Origin: Podarcis liolepis
Taxonomy: Eukaryota
Length of the DNA stretch: 64,000 bases
Assembly (NCBI GenBank): GCA_965112155.1
Contig: OZ218103.1
Strand: one strand, 5' to 3'
The notes beneath the pieces were generated by a model. The model was given only the letters and a program-made list of their open reading frames with translations. It had not been told where the DNA came from and ran no database searches. Below, piece after piece: positions 59,653 through 64,000 of the stretch. The position numbers were made by a program, and so were the translations under genes. Position 1 is the stretch's first letter. Each line of letters begins with the position of its first letter.

Positions 59653-62600
59653 AACCTGGACAAAAGGAAGGTGAGAAAATGCCTGTGGCACAGTTCTGCT
59701 CTGCCCAACCTGTCCCTTTAAGATTGCTACCCTTGGCAGAAGGAACGATGCCCAGGAGCTGGTTGTTGACTGACTGCTTCTGTCATCTGAACTTGGTTGA
59801 AAAACTGCAGGAGTCAACACTTGGCCCACTTTGGGTGAAAAGAGTAAAAGGAAGGGGTCACCAATATGGGGCCTAATCAAGACATCTCAATGATTACAGC
59901 TAGACCTAGCATCTGCCTGAGGTGGGTGGATGGATGGGGAATGAAGCCCTCTCTGACTGACTTTGTCCATTTCCTTTTCCTGGAAAAAGAAGAGCAAATG
60001 GGCCTCTCTGATCCCATTGCAAAGAGCACAATTAGTCATCCCCAAGCTCTAATGGCTTCTTGAAATGCTCAGCTGCTTTTGATGACTAATCTGCTAAGTA
60101 AAATAAGTGATGCCTAGCAAGGCAGCACACTCCAAATCCAGCTTTAGCTTTATATTATGAATGACATCAGATGCACTGGTAATTAAATCAGCAGATACTC
60201 ATAAAATCTGGTGACTCAGCCTTTGTACTAGTGACTTTTAACTTTTGTCCATGAAAATATAAATAAGTAAGGTATGATCATTTACTGAAAAATGTTTGCA
60301 GGTAAAACTTTGAGTTTCAAATTCCTCCCTCAGATAGAATGGATGAGAACCATTCTGGTTATAAAGAAAGTAAGGCTATGTCCAAATTAGCAAACACGTC
60401 ATATGTCATTTGTTTTGTCCTTCATTTAATTGACTGCTACTATGGTCCCCCTCACAAAAATGCCCGGGGTGATCTTGAGATAGAGAATCTAAAGGATGTA
60501 ATGATGATCACTAACCTGGATGGCTTTGAAAAGGGGATTATGTGTCCTTATGTAGGATGGATCCTGAATTCATCAGACTTAGTTTGTGGTAGAAAAAAAT
60601 AGCAGATGAAATTAGCAAAAGAACAGTTCAGGGATTTACAAAGTTGTTCTAAAACTTCCCTGGAGACCCAGCTGTTTGGAGGGAGCAGCTTCTGACCAAG
60701 CACATCCCTAGACAGAACAGCCATTTTTCCACTGATAGAAGAATGCCCCATTTTATTTATAAGAATCACCCAGGGCAGCAATAGCGGTATCTGGGGACTC
60801 ACCATATCAAACATGTAGATGGAGCATTTGCACAACCAGATATTTAGAGTATCACTCACCAATGGGAATAAGCTCCTTATGCATGAAATACACTCCACAA
60901 TATAGTAATGCAAATTTTTCCCAGCCTAATTAAAGTAAACCATTCAAGTGACCATCTTCAGGATGTTGTTTTTGAAGCGGAAGACCAGGATTTGCCTGAG
61001 CTTCAGTCATGCAGAGTGCTGAAAGAAATCCCTTTGAGTGTAGACTCACAGATAGCATGTAAAATCCAGACAAATGATTGCTTTGCCAGTGATTCCCATT
61101 TTGCAGCAAACAGGTTATTAGTGTGGGACTCTGTACAAGGAGCCTGCATTCAAAAAGCCTGTTCATTATTAATGGAATATGAGCTTTTGACATCAAAGGG
61201 GATCCATTATGTATGCTAAACGGTGGTGTGAGAGAAAAGAAGGACCTGCATTTCAAGTCCTCTCGGTGCTTTTGTCCCTTGTAAATCAATCAAGCTTGAC
61301 AGATACTTTAAGGAGAGTAATCTTTTCAATGATACTGTCAATGGATAACATAATGGAACATTGTCTTGATGCTGTGTGAAGACATGAAGCTAGTCAATTA
61401 CAGACAACACTTCATGCAGCCGCCAGCTTTCACTTGAAGCAATTCTAGGGAAGTATTCTAATCCTTACAAATGTCTGCTGTAGCATACAATGTAAATGAG
61501 ACCTCCTGAAGCTTCAGAAAAATAATTAGCTACAACAGTGGCCCATTCCCACACTTCTCAAACATGGGCATGATAACGTTTACTGTGCAGTTTTCCGTCC
61601 TTCTGGAGCGTTCGGTGCCTGCTGTGTATTTATATACACAGCTTTCTAATTGTCACCGCTTTGTTCCTCACACCCACAAAGGCTTATACCGAGAGTGTCA
61701 TATCTGCACATATCTCTTAACAAAGAAATCCTGGTAGCCTGGCCAACTGTATTCCCTGCTGTTCTTACTACTATAGCTCAAGACACTACTAGGGCTTGTT
61801 TATTTAGAAAGAGTCGAGAGTTTTGCAACCATGTGGGACGATCACAGGATTGTACAGACCTCAACATGACAAGGGTTTCTGACACTAAGGCAGAGATTTG
61901 CAACAGGAGCATCCCTGTTACATGTTGGGAAGTGACCAAAGATTTGCTCATGTCATCCAAATTATAGTAGCCTGTCAAGCAATAGAGAACAGTAACGGCC
62001 ACCAGTAGTACCTGGTGGAGAAGGGGTATCCATAATAAAGCATGTCACGGATCTTGCATCCCCCTGGTTAAACATTTGCAGATCTTTATTTTAAAACAAG
62101 ATTTCTTTAAAAAAAAAAAACACATCCAAGTACAACAGAAGGAATGTGAGCTGCCAGTTTAAACATGTGGATCAACAAGACAATGAGGCTATTAGTTTGG
62201 GGCCTGCTATTTTGTCCAGCGATAACTGGCATTTGAGTCTTGTTCCAAGTGAATTCCTCCCTGTACAAGGTCACACACCAAAACTGCTGAGTCAGTGTGA
62301 GAAGCTGTGAGCCAGCAGCTCCCAGAATAATCTCAAATACGCTGGCTGCCAGCATGTGCTGAAGCCTGCCAGTTGCCTCTGGAAGTGACCTGGAGCAGGA
62401 GGCAAACAATGTTTATTTGATTGTTGGCACCTACTTTCTCTCTTCCTAAAAGGCTTCTCTTCCTCTAAAAACAACAACAACAACCATCACTACCAAATGA
62501 CAAGGATATGCACCCTTCCTTCCAAACAGAATTAATTTAGTTTGTATTTTATCCAATATGAGAAGATACATAGTAGCAGCAGTTTAACAATTCAAGCCTG

Positions 62601-64000
62601 GCATATAATAACAGTCTTAAAGGGTCGAGTAAGTTGTCCCAGCTAGTTCTGAACCAAATGGTGATCTAGGCAAGGAAAATGTCTGGCTCCCACTCCATTT
62701 GTTCAAGTTTTTAAAAACTTGCATTCCCCCCCCCCCATTTTTTACATTTGTAGCCTAGTTCATTATTTCAATGCACAATCTGCAAGCCTGTTTTATCTTT
62801 GTCATATAAGACAATATGTTTGCCTGCACTGATTTGATCACAATCAGTCATATGCACATAATTTGGCAAATTTCCACAAGGATATAATATAGCAATCTTG
62901 TTAATGCAATATTGGCCACACAGACTGGCAGCTTTACAAGTAAATATGAAAGCACAGGATTAGAACGGCAGAACACGGGTAGCCTTTTTGTAAAACCCAC
63001 CATCTCCCTTGGGCTAAGTTCATGATGAAAACCTCCCTCTCTAGAGCTGCTATTTGCCCCACGATGCATCGTTATTTAAGTGTCCATTGTTCAAACTCCC
63101 ACCCTCAATGGCACCATCTTGCTTCTATCCCCAAAGGCACCGTAGGTGCTATTTAAAAGTTTAAAACCAGACACAATAATTGCAATCACTCTACCAACTT
63201 CACATCTATTTGGACCCCTAAAAAGACCAAGATGCTTTTTTTTCCTGTTTGGGACTGGGCACACTGTTTCCCAATCAAAACTATACCAGAATCCTGGATT
63301 CCTCCATCATTTTCTAAGATTCTGACTCAGGGTAGGCCATCAAAAGAATCAAAGAAGTTTGATCCCTGGACAATTAAATTACGGCTTTAATGTGCACACA
63401 TCCCTACCCACCCAAAAGACTCCAGTTTTTATACTAACTGAGAAGAAAAATGACCTAGCTGCATCTTAAGCCAGTAATGTCAATCACAGACACAACTTCC
63501 TGCATTGAATAAAAGGTGGGAGCACTACATGGCAGGGCATAACGCTGGCTGCATCTTTTGCCTCATATTTCCTAGAGACTTAGAAAAATGGAATTGGAAT
63601 TTGGGCCGGGTAATGATCCAGAATTCATGGAAAATCCACCCCAGTGGGCCTTATGGCAACCTTACCACTGTAGTGAAAGCATTTCTCAGCAGCAGGACCT
63701 TAAGCTATTAGTAACATACTGAAGATCTTGACCTCAAAAGTGGCTTTGACACTTTTGACCCTTGGCCTACACTTTCTGCAGATAGATACCCAAGCACTGT
63801 CACCAAATCCAAGTGCATGTCTTACCTTAGTTTGTTTATCAGCTCTGCACTACAAAGTTTTTCCTTTTTTTTTATTAAGTGAAACCATGAGATGCAAACA
63901 ATTTCTATACAGTACTGTGAGGTGGGGAAAACCCTTCAGGCTAGCATTATTGCTAGTAGACAAATTGGACTCTCTGTTGATTGCTTTGTTTCCAATATGC

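Overview
AT-rich, CpG-poor vertebrate genomic DNA. The repeat content (Sauria-type SINE, Squam3-like SINE, BovB, CR1, L2, L1, Penelope hairpins, squamate MITEs) points to a squamate, most likely a lacertid lizard (inference). The window lies inside AGBL4 (cytosolic carboxypeptidase 6, CCP6) on the minus strand. Two coding exons, both missing from the ORF track, are present: 52455-52293 (163 nt, containing the YTLEVSF catalytic-Glu motif) and 1687-1591 (97 nt). They are joined by a 50,605-nt intron with minor-spliceosome (U12) signals: a GTATCCTTT donor and a TCCTTAAT branch point 13 nt before the AG. A strong U2 donor 58 nt inside this intron would allow an in-frame, U12-independent bypass of the 97-nt exon. 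The intron also holds two Penelope-derived foldback insertions with minimal hammerhead-ribozyme cores in the pre-mRNA sense, many other TE insertions with readable target-site duplications, and several candidate conserved non-coding elements. Almost all supplied ORFs are spurious or TE-derived. Repeat family names come from recall and need a RepeatMasker/Dfam check.
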